Shown here: one piece after another, positions 6,551-15,840 of the stretch | How the letters are laid out: each line of letters opens with the position of its first letter | Numbering within the stretch: the first letter of the stretch is position 1 | DNA from: an uncultured Parcubacteria group bacterium | GTDB lineage: Bacteria > Patescibacteriota > Patescibacteriia > UBA9934 > CAMTUG01 | DNA length: 64,000 bases | NCBI GenBank assembly: GCA_947084965.1 | Contig: CAMTUG010000001.1 | Coordinates: 276,206-340,205, forward strand | Reading direction: 5' to 3' | Program-made: the position numbers and the translations under genes | Notes under the pieces: model-generated | What the model was told of the DNA's origin: nothing | Database searches by the model: none | What the model saw: the letters and a program-made list of their open reading frames with translations, nothing else

Positions 6551-8998
6551 ATGAACAAGGAAGTCCTGTTAAAAAATGAGCTCCCCTCAACGCCTCCTCC
6601 GGGGTACGGCGTGTTAGTGCTGAATCAACTGAAGTCGCCCCTGGTTTATATTTTGCTCGTCGCGGCTGGGTTGTCGGTTGCCGTTCATGAATATTTTGAT
6701 GCCGGCGTTATCTTATTCGCGGTTTTATTGAATACATCGTTAGGGTTTTTACAAGAGTTTAAGGCTTCGCGAGCGCTCGATGCCTTAAAAGCACTGGTGC
6801 AACCGGAAGCTCGGGTCAAGCGAGATGGTAAGATCGTCACGATCGCGGCGCGTGATGTGGTTGTGGGCGACACGCTCGTGCTTGAGACGGGGGATCGTGT
6901 CGCTGCAGATGCAAGAGTTTCCGTCGCGGTTGAATTACAGGTCAACGAATCAACGCTGACCGGAGAATCGATGCCGGTCACCAAAGTTTTTGATGGAAAG
7001 GAACAGGTCTTCATGGGCACAACGATTGTGGCCGGGCGCGGAGAAGCCGTGGTGACAGAGATCGGGATCAATACGCGCCTTGGACAGACGGCGGAGCTGG
7101 TTGCATCGATGGAAGAAGAAGATACACCGCTGCAAACGGAACTTGGGCGACTGTCACAGACGTTGTCGATCGCGGTTTTGGTGATCGGGCTCGTAGTGAT
7201 CGTGATCGGGGTGTCCAAAGGGGGCGAGGTGATCGAGATGGTTACGCTCGCCGCCGCCCTCGCCGTGGCTGCGATTCCCGAAGGACTGCTCGTCGGGCTG
7301 ACCGTTATTTTAGCGATCGGCATGCAGCGGATGCTCAAAGCCAAGGCATTGACGCGGCGTCTCGTCGCGGCTGAAACGCTGGGGAGCGTCTCTGTTATTT
7401 GTACAGATAAAACAGGAACGATCACTAAAGGCGAAATGGAAGTGACCGTAATCGAATCCGAGGATCGAAAAAAAGCGCTCAGGGTTGCCGCGCTCTGCAA
7501 CAACGCCGAACTTGAAGGGATGCAGGTGCGTGGAACGATGACGGAAATGGCCTTACTTACCGCAGCCATGCATGAAGGGTTGGTCAAGGAAGCGCTCGAG
7601 GCAGATTATCCGCGTCTGGATGAACGACCGTTTTCTTCGTCCGCTAAGTTTATGGCGACGCTGCATCGTCACGGGAGTCATAACATGATTCTGTTAAAAG
7701 GGGCTCCAGAGGTCGTTGCCAGTTTTTGTTCGAAGGGAGGAGAGATTGTGTCGCATCATGCCCCGAAGATGACAGAAAAAGGATTGCGGGTGATCGCTTT
7801 GGCGATGAAAGAGGTAGGACAGACAACAACCACGCTGCGGGATGAAGATCTGCACGGGTTGACCTGCGTAGGATTGATCGGGCTCAGCGACCCGATTCGT
7901 CCTGAAGCAGCGCAAACGATCAAAGAAGCCAAGGTCGCCGGGGTGCGCACGATTATCATTACCGGAGATCATCCAAGGACGGCCCAAACGATCGCTGAAC
8001 AGGCGGGGTTTGGTCCAGAGAATAAGCGCGTGATCACAGGTGAGGAACTGGACGCCCTTTCTGAATCTGATTTTGCGCGGCGTCTTTCTTCGATCGATAT
8101 TTATGCCCGTGTGTTGCCGGCGCACAAAGTTCGTATCGTTCAGGCATGGCGTCACGCCGGGGCGTCTGTGGCCATGATCGGAGATGGGGTCAACGATGCG
8201 CCTGCCCTCAAAGCCGCCGACATCGGTGTCGCTTTGGGCAGTGGGACAGAGGTGGCCAAGCAGACAGGGGATATGGTTTTGCTCGATAATAATCTGTCGA
8301 CGTTGGTTCATGCGATCGCTCAGGGCCGAGTCATTTTTGACAACATCCGTAAGGTCGTTGCGTATCTGCTGACAGATAGCTTTACGGAACTGCTCCTGAT
8401 CATCGCCACGTTTCTCATCGGATTGCCGATCCCGATCTTTCCGGCGCAGATTTTGTGGATCAACTTGGTGACCGATGGATTTCCACACATGGCCCTGACG
8501 ATTGAAAAACCTGAACGCGGAATCATGAACGAACCGCCGCGGCCACGCACCGAGCGCGTCATAAACAAAGAGATGCGGGTCATTATTTCGCTCGTCGGTC
8601 TCACCACGGTCGTTCTGCTTCTCGGTCTGTATATCTACCTTCTTTCCACAGAGATGCCGATCGAAAAGATCCGCACGGTCATCTTCACGGCCCTCGGATT
8701 AAACTCGCTTCTGTACGTTCTTTCGATCCGGACCTTCCGTTCATCGATGTTCACCTCAAATCCGTTACAAAATCCTTGGCTCGTCGCATCGATGTTCGTT
8801 GGATTCCTCTTTTTGCTCGCCCCACTCGTGATCCCATCGTTCCGTACTCTGTTCGGTTTTGTGCCGCTGACCTTCCTAGAATTCGGGGCATTAGTTATGC
8901 TAGCCTTAGGACGCCAGCTCTTAACAGAAGCGATCAAGTTTTACTACCATTATGGAAAACGAAAAGAATCCCGAACCGGCATGGCTCTTTCAGCGTAA
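6551..8998 (+). CDS. P-type cation-transporting ATPase (type II, Ca2+/cation-like)
   Basis: 'CTDKTGTIT' phosphorylation site, 'TGDHPRTA' and 'GDGVNDAPALK'. Multiple TM helices. ATG 6551 is preferred over the track start at 6536. Confidence 0.9.
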   Translation: MNKEVLLKNELPSTPPPGYGVLVLNQLKSPLVYILLVAAGLSVAVHEYFDAGVILFAVLLNTSLGFLQEFKASRALDALKALVQPEARVKRDGKIVTIAARDVVVGDTLVLETGDRVAADARVSVAVELQVNESTLTGESMPVTKVFDGKEQVFMGTTIVAGRGEAVVTEIGINTRLGQTAELVASMEEEDTPLQTELGRLSQTLSIAVLVIGLVVIVIGVSKGGEVIEMVTLAAALAVAAIPEGLLVGLTVILAIGMQRMLKAKALTRRLVAAETLGSVSVICTDKTGTITKGEMEVTVIESEDRKKALRVAALCNNAELEGMQVRGTMTEMALLTAAMHEGLVKEALEADYPRLDERPFSSSAKFMATLHRHGSHNMILLKGAPEVVASFCSKGGEIVSHHAPKMTEKGLRVIALAMKEVGQTTTTLRDEDLHGLTCVGLIGLSDPIRPEAAQTIKEAKVAGVRTIIITGDHPRTAQTIAEQAGFGPENKRVITGEELDALSESDFARRLSSIDIYARVLPAHKVRIVQAWRHAGASVAMIGDGVNDAPALKAADIGVALGSGTEVAKQTGDMVLLDNNLSTLVHAIAQGRVIFDNIRKVVAYLLTDSFTELLLIIATFLIGLPIPIFPAQILWINLVTDGFPHMALTIEKPERGIMNEPPRPRTERVINKEMRVIISLVGLTTVVLLLGLYIYLLSTEMPIEKIRTVIFTALGLNSLLYVLSIRTFRSSMFTSNPLQNPWLVASMFVGFLFLLAPLVIPSFRTLFGFVPLTFLEFGALVMLALGRQLLTEAIKFYYHYGKRKESRTGMALSA

Positions 8999-9638
8999 CG
9001 AACTTGATCTCCTGGAGCAGGATTTTCGTGCCGCCTGGGCGGATGCTCTTGGAGCGGAACGACCGTTGACCGAAGTCGAAGAAGAAGTCATGGCCGAAGT
9101 CGATCAAATAGATGGCGCAGCGCATGCTGATCTTGAAGTCCTGTTTGCTGAGGCGGGGGTGGAAGACGATCGCTGTCCGGTGCACGGTGCCGATTGCCAT
9201 GGGGGGGAGGGGGACGCTTCAATCGCCGAGATGTTGGATGCGACGATCACCCACGATCCTCTCTCGTCGCGAGCGTTTCAGTTGGAGCGCGCGGTAGCCG
9301 ATTGGTGTCGGACGGCGGCGGTCCCGCAACCGATGTATCGTGATCTCTTTCGTTTGCGAATCAATGCTCCGCTCTTTGCCGCGAAGATCGTCTTTGCTGC
9401 ACAGGAAGAAGCGGTAGGGGATGCTCTCTCTATTCGGGTGGCGATAAAAGAATTAGAGGTAGGGGTCGCTTATCTGCGCCGCGCGACCGATGCGTTGAAC
9501 GTCTTGATGCATGGTGAGGCGCTCTCGCAAGGGATCGGGAGTGAGTGGCTACGCGAAGCCGAGGCGTTGTTGGTGCAGGCGCAAGAAAGACAACAACGTC
9601 TGCAATGGTTCATTCGTTTTCGTGGCAATGCGTTATGA
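8952..9638 (+). CDS. Acidic hypothetical protein
   Basis: 228-aa ORF. It overlaps the 3' end of the ATPase gene by 47 nt. Its TGA overlaps the ATG of the next gene (ATGA at 9635-9638). I see no recognisable motif. Confidence 0.5.
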   Translation: MENEKNPEPAWLFQRNELDLLEQDFRAAWADALGAERPLTEVEEEVMAEVDQIDGAAHADLEVLFAEAGVEDDRCPVHGADCHGGEGDASIAEMLDATITHDPLSSRAFQLERAVADWCRTAAVPQPMYRDLFRLRINAPLFAAKIVFAAQEEAVGDALSIRVAIKELEVGVAYLRRATDALNVLMHGEALSQGIGSEWLREAEALLVQAQERQQRLQWFIRFRGNAL

Positions 9639-10297
9639 CCAGTATTGCGGCGATCGTGCCGGCCTACAATGAAGCACAGACGATTGCGGACGTCGTAGCG
9701 ACGCTCCGTCAGAGTGTATTGGTGCAGGAGGTGATCGTCGTTTCTGACGGTTCAACCGATGATACGGAAGCGTTGGCGGCCTCTGCGGGGGCGCGGGTCA
9801 TTCGTCTGTCAAAAAAAGGAGGGAAGGGAGCGGCGATGCTCCATGGACTCACACAGACCGATGCCCAGATTATTCTGTTTACTGACGCGGATTTGATTGG
9901 ATTTACCACTGAGCATGTTGAACGCCTCTTACTTCCGATCCTAAACGGAGCGCGGGTTATGAACGTCGGTTTGCGTGACCGAGGGCGCTTGATTACGGCT
10001 CTGGGAAGGTTCTTGCCTCTCATTGGCGGCGAGCGGGCGATTCGGCGATCGGTCATTGAACAGATTCCTCCTCACTTTTTGCAAGGATTTATGATAGAAT
10101 CTGCTTTGAACTACTTCTGTCGATCGCGGCGCTTGGCGTACGGTTCCGTAGCCCTGCCTGGGCTTACCATTCGACGCAAGTATCAAAAAGTGGGTTGGAA
10201 GGAAGGATTTAAACAATATGCTCGGATGTCGGGCCAGATCGTGACCGCTATGGTTCGTGTCCGTATCGCCCATTTGACTGGAACATTTCACGTATGA
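9635..10297 (+). CDS. Family 2 glycosyltransferase
   Basis: 'AAIVPAYNEAQTI', 'VVSDGSTDDT' and 'TDADL' are GT-A/GT2 signatures. ATG 9635 is in frame with the longer track ORF. Confidence 0.8.
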   Translation: MTSIAAIVPAYNEAQTIADVVATLRQSVLVQEVIVVSDGSTDDTEALAASAGARVIRLSKKGGKGAAMLHGLTQTDAQIILFTDADLIGFTTEHVERLLLPILNGARVMNVGLRDRGRLITALGRFLPLIGGERAIRRSVIEQIPPHFLQGFMIESALNYFCRSRRLAYGSVALPGLTIRRKYQKVGWKEGFKQYARMSGQIVTAMVRVRIAHLTGTFHV

Positions 10298-11733
10298 AGA
10301 TCGAAGATTTTAAAGATGCAGTCGTAACCGTGATGGGACTCGGTCGCTTTAAGCAAGGGAGCGGTGTTGGCGCCACCAAATGGTTGATGCGCCATGGGGC
10401 GCAGGTGATTATCACGGATCTGAAGTCTGAGGCTGAGCTGAAAGAATCCGTTGATGAAGTGACGAATTGGTACGAGCAGTATCGCAAAGATCATCCTGAT
10501 CGCGAGATTTACCATCCGTTGTTTGTGCTTGGGGAACATCGCGAGGAGGATTTCACCGAATGCGCCGCTGTGCTGCAAAATCCAGACGTCAAACGAGAAG
10601 ATAAATTCGTCGCTTTAGCTCGGGCACACAACATCCCGATCTTTTCCGACGTCAGTCTGTTTTTTCACTTCTGTCCGTTTCCGATCACTGGCGTAACCGG
10701 TACGCGCGGAAAGACCACGACCACAGCATTGATTGGCGAAATGTACAAAGCGATGGATCCGCGAGCGATTACGGCTGGCAACATCAAAGTGTCTCCGCTG
10801 GAATATTTGGACGAGATTTTGAAGGATGAAAAGCCGCGCCCGATCGTCCTTGAATTATCATCGTCATTGATTGAAAGTTTGGGGGATTCTGGTCGTGGAC
10901 CAGATATTGGAGTTTTGACCAACATGTTTCCGGACCACCTCAATCGTTACGGATCGTATGAAGAATACCGACTGGCCAAAGAGATGATGTTTAAGATGCA
11001 AAAGCCCGACGCCTTCGCCATTATCAACAAAGACAACCTAGATGCTTCGGCGATCGCCCCGCGTGTCCCGAGCAAGCTGTATTGGTTCACCCGCGGCGAG
11101 GATTTAGCGGGGGTCGGAGGGACGTTTGTCAAAGATGGAATGCTCTTTTTCCGTCAGGGAGGAACAGACGAAGCCATCATCTCCGTCGCCGACATTGCCC
11201 TGGAGGGCGAACATAACCTTGAGAATGTGTTAGCGGCCGTTTGTGCGGCCAAAGTGCACGGAACGCCAAATGCGGCGATCGTGACCGCACTGAAGACCTT
11301 TAATGGGATGCCAGAGCGTCAGGAGGTGGTACGCGAAGTGAACGGCGTGACGTATGTTGATGACACGACGGCGACGTCACCAGAGGGGGCGATGGCTGCC
11401 CTCAAGCGCTTCGGACAAAAGGGGAAGGTGGTGTTGCTTGCGGGGGGTGCGTCCAAGAATTTGCCGCTCGATGATCTGGGAAAGATGATCCGTACGACCT
11501 GCAAGTACGTCGTGTTGTTTGAAGGGACCGCGACCGATGATTTTATGAAAGCGATTGGAGATTCTGTCCCGACCGTGCGGGTGAATTCGATGGTCGAAGC
11601 GATGCAGGCCGCTTCGAGTGTGGCGCAGTCGGGTGACATCGTTTTGCTTTCACCGGGCACGGCCAGTTTCGGGATCTTCAAAAATGAATTTGACCGCGGG
11701 GCCCAGTTTAAAGACGCGGTTGCCAAGCTCTAA
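10294..11733 (+). CDS. murD: UDP-MurNAc-L-Ala:D-Glu ligase MurD
   Basis: 479 aa. Rossmann-like N-terminus, the 'GVTGTRGKTTTTALIGEM' P-loop and Mur ligase C-terminal features. ATGA overlap with the upstream gene. Confidence 0.85.
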   Translation: MKIEDFKDAVVTVMGLGRFKQGSGVGATKWLMRHGAQVIITDLKSEAELKESVDEVTNWYEQYRKDHPDREIYHPLFVLGEHREEDFTECAAVLQNPDVKREDKFVALARAHNIPIFSDVSLFFHFCPFPITGVTGTRGKTTTTALIGEMYKAMDPRAITAGNIKVSPLEYLDEILKDEKPRPIVLELSSSLIESLGDSGRGPDIGVLTNMFPDHLNRYGSYEEYRLAKEMMFKMQKPDAFAIINKDNLDASAIAPRVPSKLYWFTRGEDLAGVGGTFVKDGMLFFRQGGTDEAIISVADIALEGEHNLENVLAAVCAAKVHGTPNAAIVTALKTFNGMPERQEVVREVNGVTYVDDTTATSPEGAMAALKRFGQKGKVVLLAGGASKNLPLDDLGKMIRTTCKYVVLFEGTATDDFMKAIGDSVPTVRVNSMVEAMQAASSVAQSGDIVLLSPGTASFGIFKNEFDRGAQFKDAVAKL

Positions 11734-11780
11734 TCGGGCTTTCTTTATCGATTGAACGTAAGGGGATTTTCTGCTAAGTT

Positions 11781-13073
11781 GTGATGGCTATGGTTAAAGC
11801 CTTGTTGCGAAAAGTCCTCCCAACATCGTTGCTGAGCCTCTATCACTTCTGCCTTGCTCGGGCGGCAGCGTTTGTTTATGGCAACCCTTCGGAAAAGATG
11901 ATTGTGATTGGTGTCACGGGAACGAGCGGTAAGTCCACCACCGTTTCATTTATCGGGCAGATTTTAGAGCATGCGGGTCATCGGGTGGGATGGACCTCCA
12001 CCGCGACCTTTAAAGTTGGCTCGAAGGAATGGGCCAATGATCGCAAGATGACGAGTCTCGGTCGCTTTCAAACACAAAAGTTGCTCAAGGAGATGGTCAA
12101 CGCGGGTTGCACCCACGCTATTGTCGAAGTGACGTCTCAGGGGATCGTGCAGCACCGCCATCAGGGGATTAATTTTGATGTCGCCGTTTTTACTAATTTG
12201 TGGCCAGAACATATTGAATCGCACGGAAGTTTTGAGAATTACAAGCAAGCCAAGCTGAAGTTATTTCAACACCTGACCGCTCGTCCGCATAAACATCTTT
12301 TCGGAAAAGAAATTCCAAAGGTGATCGTTGCGAACGGCAACGATCCGCACGCCAATGATTTTCTTGCTCATAAGGCCGATCGAAAAGTTGCGTTCGAGGT
12401 AGATCCGGATCTTGAACTTACCGCAGCCGGTGCATCCTTTAGCGCTCTTGGCGTTGAGATGGACCTGCCTATACTCGGCGCCTTCAATGTACAAAATGCT
12501 TTGGCAGCTGCTTCGGTGGCGATGGTGCTCGATGTGCCCGTTTCTATTATTAAAGATGCTGTGGCGCGTTTGCGCGGGGTTCCAGGACGGCTCGAAAGAA
12601 TCGACGAAGGCCAGTCGTTCGGGGTGATCGTTGACTATGCCTTTGAACCTGTGGCCATGAAACGCATCTATGAGACGCTTTCCCTTTTGCCCTACGAACG
12701 GTTGATTCATGTGTTTGGCAGTTGTGGGGGTGGACGGGATGCCGCTCGGCGCCCAATTTTGGGGCGTATGTCTGGGGAGTTTGCTGATATCTGCATCGTC
12801 ACCAACGAAGATCCGTATGATGATGATCCGATGCAGATTATTCGAGAGGTGGCAGCCGGAGCGCGAGAAGTGGGAAAGAAGGATGGCGAAGACCTTTTTG
12901 TGATCGAGGATCGCGGAGAGGCGATTAAGAAAGCGATCCAGATGGCTGCGTCAAATGACCTCGTGCTTGTGACGGGCAAGGGGAGCGAACCTGTTATGGC
13001 GGTCGCTCATGGTAAACTGATCCCGTGGGACGATCGCGTTGAGGTAAGAAAAGCATTGCATGAACGTCAGTAA
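11781..13073 (+). CDS. murE: Mur ligase, MurE-like (UDP-MurNAc-dipeptide:diamino acid ligase)
   Basis: 'GVTGTSGKSTT', 'VEVTSQGIVQHRHQGINFDVAVFTNLWPEHIESHG' and 'TNEDPYDDDP'. The start is ambiguous (GTG 11781, ATG 11784 or 11790). Confidence 0.8.
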   Translation: MMAMVKALLRKVLPTSLLSLYHFCLARAAAFVYGNPSEKMIVIGVTGTSGKSTTVSFIGQILEHAGHRVGWTSTATFKVGSKEWANDRKMTSLGRFQTQKLLKEMVNAGCTHAIVEVTSQGIVQHRHQGINFDVAVFTNLWPEHIESHGSFENYKQAKLKLFQHLTARPHKHLFGKEIPKVIVANGNDPHANDFLAHKADRKVAFEVDPDLELTAAGASFSALGVEMDLPILGAFNVQNALAAASVAMVLDVPVSIIKDAVARLRGVPGRLERIDEGQSFGVIVDYAFEPVAMKRIYETLSLLPYERLIHVFGSCGGGRDAARRPILGRMSGEFADICIVTNEDPYDDDPMQIIREVAAGAREVGKKDGEDLFVIEDRGEAIKKAIQMAASNDLVLVTGKGSEPVMAVAHGKLIPWDDRVEVRKALHERQ

Positions 13074-13569
13074 ACTCGTCCAATTAAAGCCCGAAGAAGA
13101 GGTCATCCTGGTCGTCCATCAGTCGCTCATTCCTTGGTGGCCCAAGTTTTTGTTGGCGATATTGTGGGTGTTACTGCCGTTTTTTCTGCTTTTTCCCCTC
13201 TTTCAGATGCGCTTTTGGGGGGTGATGATCTTTCTTGCACTTCTGGCGAGCGGCGCGATCTACGCTTGGCGTACCTTTTTGGCTTGGCATCGATCCATTT
13301 TCATCATCACTGACCGCCGCATCATCGATCACGACCAGCGTGGACTATTCAGTCGTGTCGTTTCCGAAGCCCCCTTTTCGACCATTCAGGACGTCAGCTA
13401 TAAGATTAGCGGTTTCTGGCCGACCGTTCTGCGCTACGGCGATGTGACGGTGCAGATTCGCGGCAATGCGGTGAATCTGGAGATCTTTCATGTCCGACGA
13501 CCGCACCACGTCCATGATTTGCTCAATGATCTGCGTCTGGATCTCGAAGAAAATTCGGAAAACCCATAA
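13060..13569 (+). CDS. Membrane protein with a bacterial PH (YdbS/DUF304-like) domain
   Basis: 169 aa. Two N-terminal TM helices followed by 'IITDRRIIDHDQRGLFSRVVSEAPFSTIQDVSYK'. Confidence 0.6.
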   Translation: MNVSKLVQLKPEEEVILVVHQSLIPWWPKFLLAILWVLLPFFLLFPLFQMRFWGVMIFLALLASGAIYAWRTFLAWHRSIFIITDRRIIDHDQRGLFSRVVSEAPFSTIQDVSYKISGFWPTVLRYGDVTVQIRGNAVNLEIFHVRRPHHVHDLLNDLRLDLEENSENP

Positions 13570-13572
13570 TCC

Positions 13573-14043
13573 ATGGCTACCACAAACTTCATTCGCCGCC
13601 TGCTCGAACTACGTCTCTTCCTTGTGATTAACTTGGTGGCGCTCTTTTTCCTTTCACTTTCGTTCGGCCGCGAATATCTCCGTAATGCATCGATTGAGTC
13701 AGAAATTGCTTCGCTTAAAGCAGAAGAGTCAGCTCTTTCTGCCCGTAACCTAGAAATCATTGCTCTCTCTGAGTCTGTCCAAACTCAGTATTTTGTCGAA
13801 GGTGAGGGACGGGTCAAATACGGTTTACGCAAACCGGGGGAGGAATTGGTCGTTGTGACTCAAACGGAAACCGCCCAGCCACAGGCAACGGTGACGGACG
13901 GCCAGTCGGCCACGTCGAGCGACACAGGACCGACGGAATCAGAGGGGGAGGAGAACCGGGTAGGCAATCCGACGCGTTGGTGGTATTTCTTGTTCGATCA
14001 CCCGGCTTACGATCAACTGATCACAGACTATGGAAACGGCTGA
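13573..14043 (+). CDS. Septum-formation initiator (FtsB/DivIC-like)
   Basis: 156 aa. A single N-terminal TM helix, then the coiled coil 'IESEIASLKAEESALSARNLEI'. Confidence 0.6.
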   Translation: MATTNFIRRLLELRLFLVINLVALFFLSLSFGREYLRNASIESEIASLKAEESALSARNLEIIALSESVQTQYFVEGEGRVKYGLRKPGEELVVVTQTETAQPQATVTDGQSATSSDTGPTESEGEENRVGNPTRWWYFLFDHPAYDQLITDYGNG

Positions 14044-14935
14044 AGTCATCATTCATCCAAAACAGAAAACGCGCGCGCCTCGCTGGCCCTTCGCGATTTT
14101 ATTCGCGATCGCCTGTGTCGTGTTTGTTTGGTACGGCATGATGTATGGCCATAAGAGTGGTTGGGTCACGCGGTTTATCAGTGTTGTTCTCCCTGTGCCG
14201 GCGGTTGTGGTGAATGATGATACGATCACCTATCGCGATCTGCTGGTGCGGACGGATACGCTGTTATGGTTGAAGGGGGAGGACGCCGATCGCGAAGAGA
14301 CCTTTGCTCAGGCGATTAATGTGCTGATCGAGCAAGCACTTATTGAACAGATCGCTCGTGATTACGACGTCGAAGTGACCCGGGATGATAAGGATGCGGC
14401 GCTCTTGATGCTTGCAGGAGAGCTCGATGAAGATGCGTTTGCAGAAAAGATTCGCGACGAGTTGGATATGAGCTTGCGTCAGTTTGCGCGGGTGGTGGTC
14501 GAACCGCTCGCCTTGGCACAGAAACTTGAAATAGCGATTCATGAAGACGAGGCGACGCAAGCCGAAGTCCAGGCTAAGGCTGAAGAGGCGAGGGATAAGG
14601 TGTTGGCAGGGATGAGTTTTTCTGAAGCAGCAGCGCTCTATTCGCAAGATCCTTCGGGAGCAGAGGGCGGGGATGTTGGCTATATCACCAAAGCGACATT
14701 ACCAGCCGGTTGGGATATGTTGCTGACGTTACCAGAGGAGGGGGTGAGTGGGGTGATTGAAACAGAAGGGGAGTTCGTAATTTTGAAAGTCGCCTGGTTG
14801 GTTGGGGTCGGCGAAGATACACAGATCCGCACTCAGGCGATTATTCTCAAAAAGAAGACACTGTCAGAGATTGTTGCGTCGCGCCGCGAAACGAGTGATA
14901 TTTCGTACGTGGTGAAAAATGTTGATGGGCTCTAG
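14030..14935 (+). CDS. PpiC-type peptidyl-prolyl isomerase (PrsA/SurA-like), membrane anchored
   Basis: 301 aa. N-terminal TM helix and the C-terminal parvulin-like 'FSEAAALYSQDPSGAEGGDVGYITKA...GEFVILKV'. Confidence 0.7.
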   Translation: METAEVIIHPKQKTRAPRWPFAILFAIACVVFVWYGMMYGHKSGWVTRFISVVLPVPAVVVNDDTITYRDLLVRTDTLLWLKGEDADREETFAQAINVLIEQALIEQIARDYDVEVTRDDKDAALLMLAGELDEDAFAEKIRDELDMSLRQFARVVVEPLALAQKLEIAIHEDEATQAEVQAKAEEARDKVLAGMSFSEAAALYSQDPSGAEGGDVGYITKATLPAGWDMLLTLPEEGVSGVIETEGEFVILKVAWLVGVGEDTQIRTQAIILKKKTLSEIVASRRETSDISYVVKNVDGL

Positions 14936-14955
14936 TTGGAGGTGCTTCAAAATAC

Positions 14956-15006
14956 TGTTTTACAGTTCGTTTGAGCACATAATGTCGTCAAACGAACTGT
15001 AAAAGT
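14956..15006. repeat. Conserved-loop hairpin, family C, copy 1
   Basis: Stem 'tacagttcgtttga'/'tcaaacgaactgta' (14 bp perfect, extendable by tttt/aaaa). The 13-nt loop is 'gcacataatgtcg'. I aligned about 64 nt by eye with the copy at 59881-59940, and most positions match. Confidence 0.75.
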
Positions 15007-15034
15007 ACTTTTTAAGACACCCAACCTCGCGCGT

Positions 15035-15451
15035 ATGAAATCCATTCTTTATTTTGACTTCTTTGGCACGATCTACGACGGCACCCGGATCCCTCCGTCT
15101 ATGATTGATGTCATTCGAGAGCTTTCTAAAAGCTCTACCCTTGTGATCGTTTCATCAGCAGGAACTTCGTACATACGTGCGATCGTTGAACGCGAAGGGA
15201 TCGCCAATCATTTCCTCCACATCATGGGCGGTGACACGGGCGGATCAAAGTCAGACAAAATGATCGCGGTCGGGGTGACAGATGCCGTCATGATTACGGA
15301 TACGGCTGGGGATATCCGCGAAGCCAAAAAGGCTGGGGTTCGCGCGATCGGTGTCACCTGGGGATCAGATGCCGCTGAAGACCTTCTGGTGGCGGGGGCG
15401 GATGCTCTTGCTTCGGATGTGAAGGATCTTGCGGGCCTCTTGGCAAAATAA
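15035..15451 (+). CDS. HAD-superfamily hydrolase-like protein (short)
   Basis: 138 aa. 'FDFFGTI', 'VIVSSAG' and 'ITDTAGDIREAKKAGVRAIGVTWG' are HAD motifs I, II and IV. Confidence 0.6.
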   Translation: MKSILYFDFFGTIYDGTRIPPSMIDVIRELSKSSTLVIVSSAGTSYIRAIVEREGIANHFLHIMGGDTGGSKSDKMIAVGVTDAVMITDTAGDIREAKKAGVRAIGVTWGSDAAEDLLVAGADALASDVKDLAGLLAK

Positions 15452-15481
15452 GCGCCTCCCGATATACTGACGCCGCCGTAT

Positions 15482-15555
15482 GCGGGATTAGTACAGTGGT
15501 AGTATGCAAGCTTCCCAAGCTTGAGAGGCGAGTTCGATTCTCGTATCCCGCTCCA
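15482..15555 (+). tRNA. tRNA-Gly (anticodon CCC), CCA encoded
   Basis: GCGGGAT-TA-GTAC-AGTGGTA-GTAT-G-CAAGC-TTCCCAA-GCTTG-AGAG-GCGAG-TTCGATT-CTCGT-ATCCCGC-T-CCA. Confidence 0.85.
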
Positions 15556-15685
15556 GGAACATCGTAAATTTTGGAACACTGCTTTGTTGCGGGTCCCTGC
15601 CACCTTCGTCGACGCACCTTTCAGTGCGCCTCCTCGGATGGCATCCCGCGCCTCGCATTGTTCTCAAAATTGACGATGTTCCTGG
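15553..15685. repeat. 21-bp inverted repeat enclosing a 91-bp GC-rich structured core between two tRNAs
   Basis: 'ccaggaacatcgtaaattttg' (15553-15573) against 'caaaattgacgatgttcctgg' (15665-15685), complementary at 20 of 21 positions. The first arm starts in the CCA of tRNA-Gly. The core holds nested stems ('gcggg..tgcc'/'ggcatcccgc' and 'cgcac-ctttca-gtgcg'). Confidence 0.7.
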
Positions 15686-15715
15686 AAGCCAGTCCCGATG
15701 ACTGTTGATTTTGAT

Positions 15716-15790
15716 GCCGATGTAGCTCAGTGGTAGAGCAATGCTTTCGTAAAGCAGAGGTCGCGAGTTCGACTCTCGCCATCGGCTCCA
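15716..15790 (+). tRNA. tRNA-Thr (anticodon CGU), CCA encoded
   Basis: GCCGATG-TA-GCTC-AGTGGTA-GAGC-A-ATGCT-TTCGTAA-AGCAG-AGGTC-GCGAG-TTCGACT-CTCGC-CATCGGC-T-CCA. Confidence 0.85.
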
Positions 15791-15803
15791 AAAAATCTTC
15801 ACT

Positions 15804-15832
15804 TTGGTGGAGATTTTTTGTTGTGCTATACT
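15804..15832 (+). promoter_or_regulatory. Promoter of ftsE, apparently giving a leaderless transcript
   Basis: TTGGTG (15804-15809), a 17-nt spacer, then TATACT (15827-15832). The GTG start at 15841 is only 8 nt downstream and there is no SD. Confidence 0.45.
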
Positions 15833-15840
15833 GTTGGCGT

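Noticed and set aside
6685-7587. A 300-aa minus-strand ORF, plus a 264-aa ORF at 7694-8488, antisense to the P-type ATPase gene.
   Set aside because: The products are low-complexity Ser/Thr/Ala/Arg-rich. Both ORFs lie entirely inside a strongly supported gene on the other strand. They are typical shadow ORFs.
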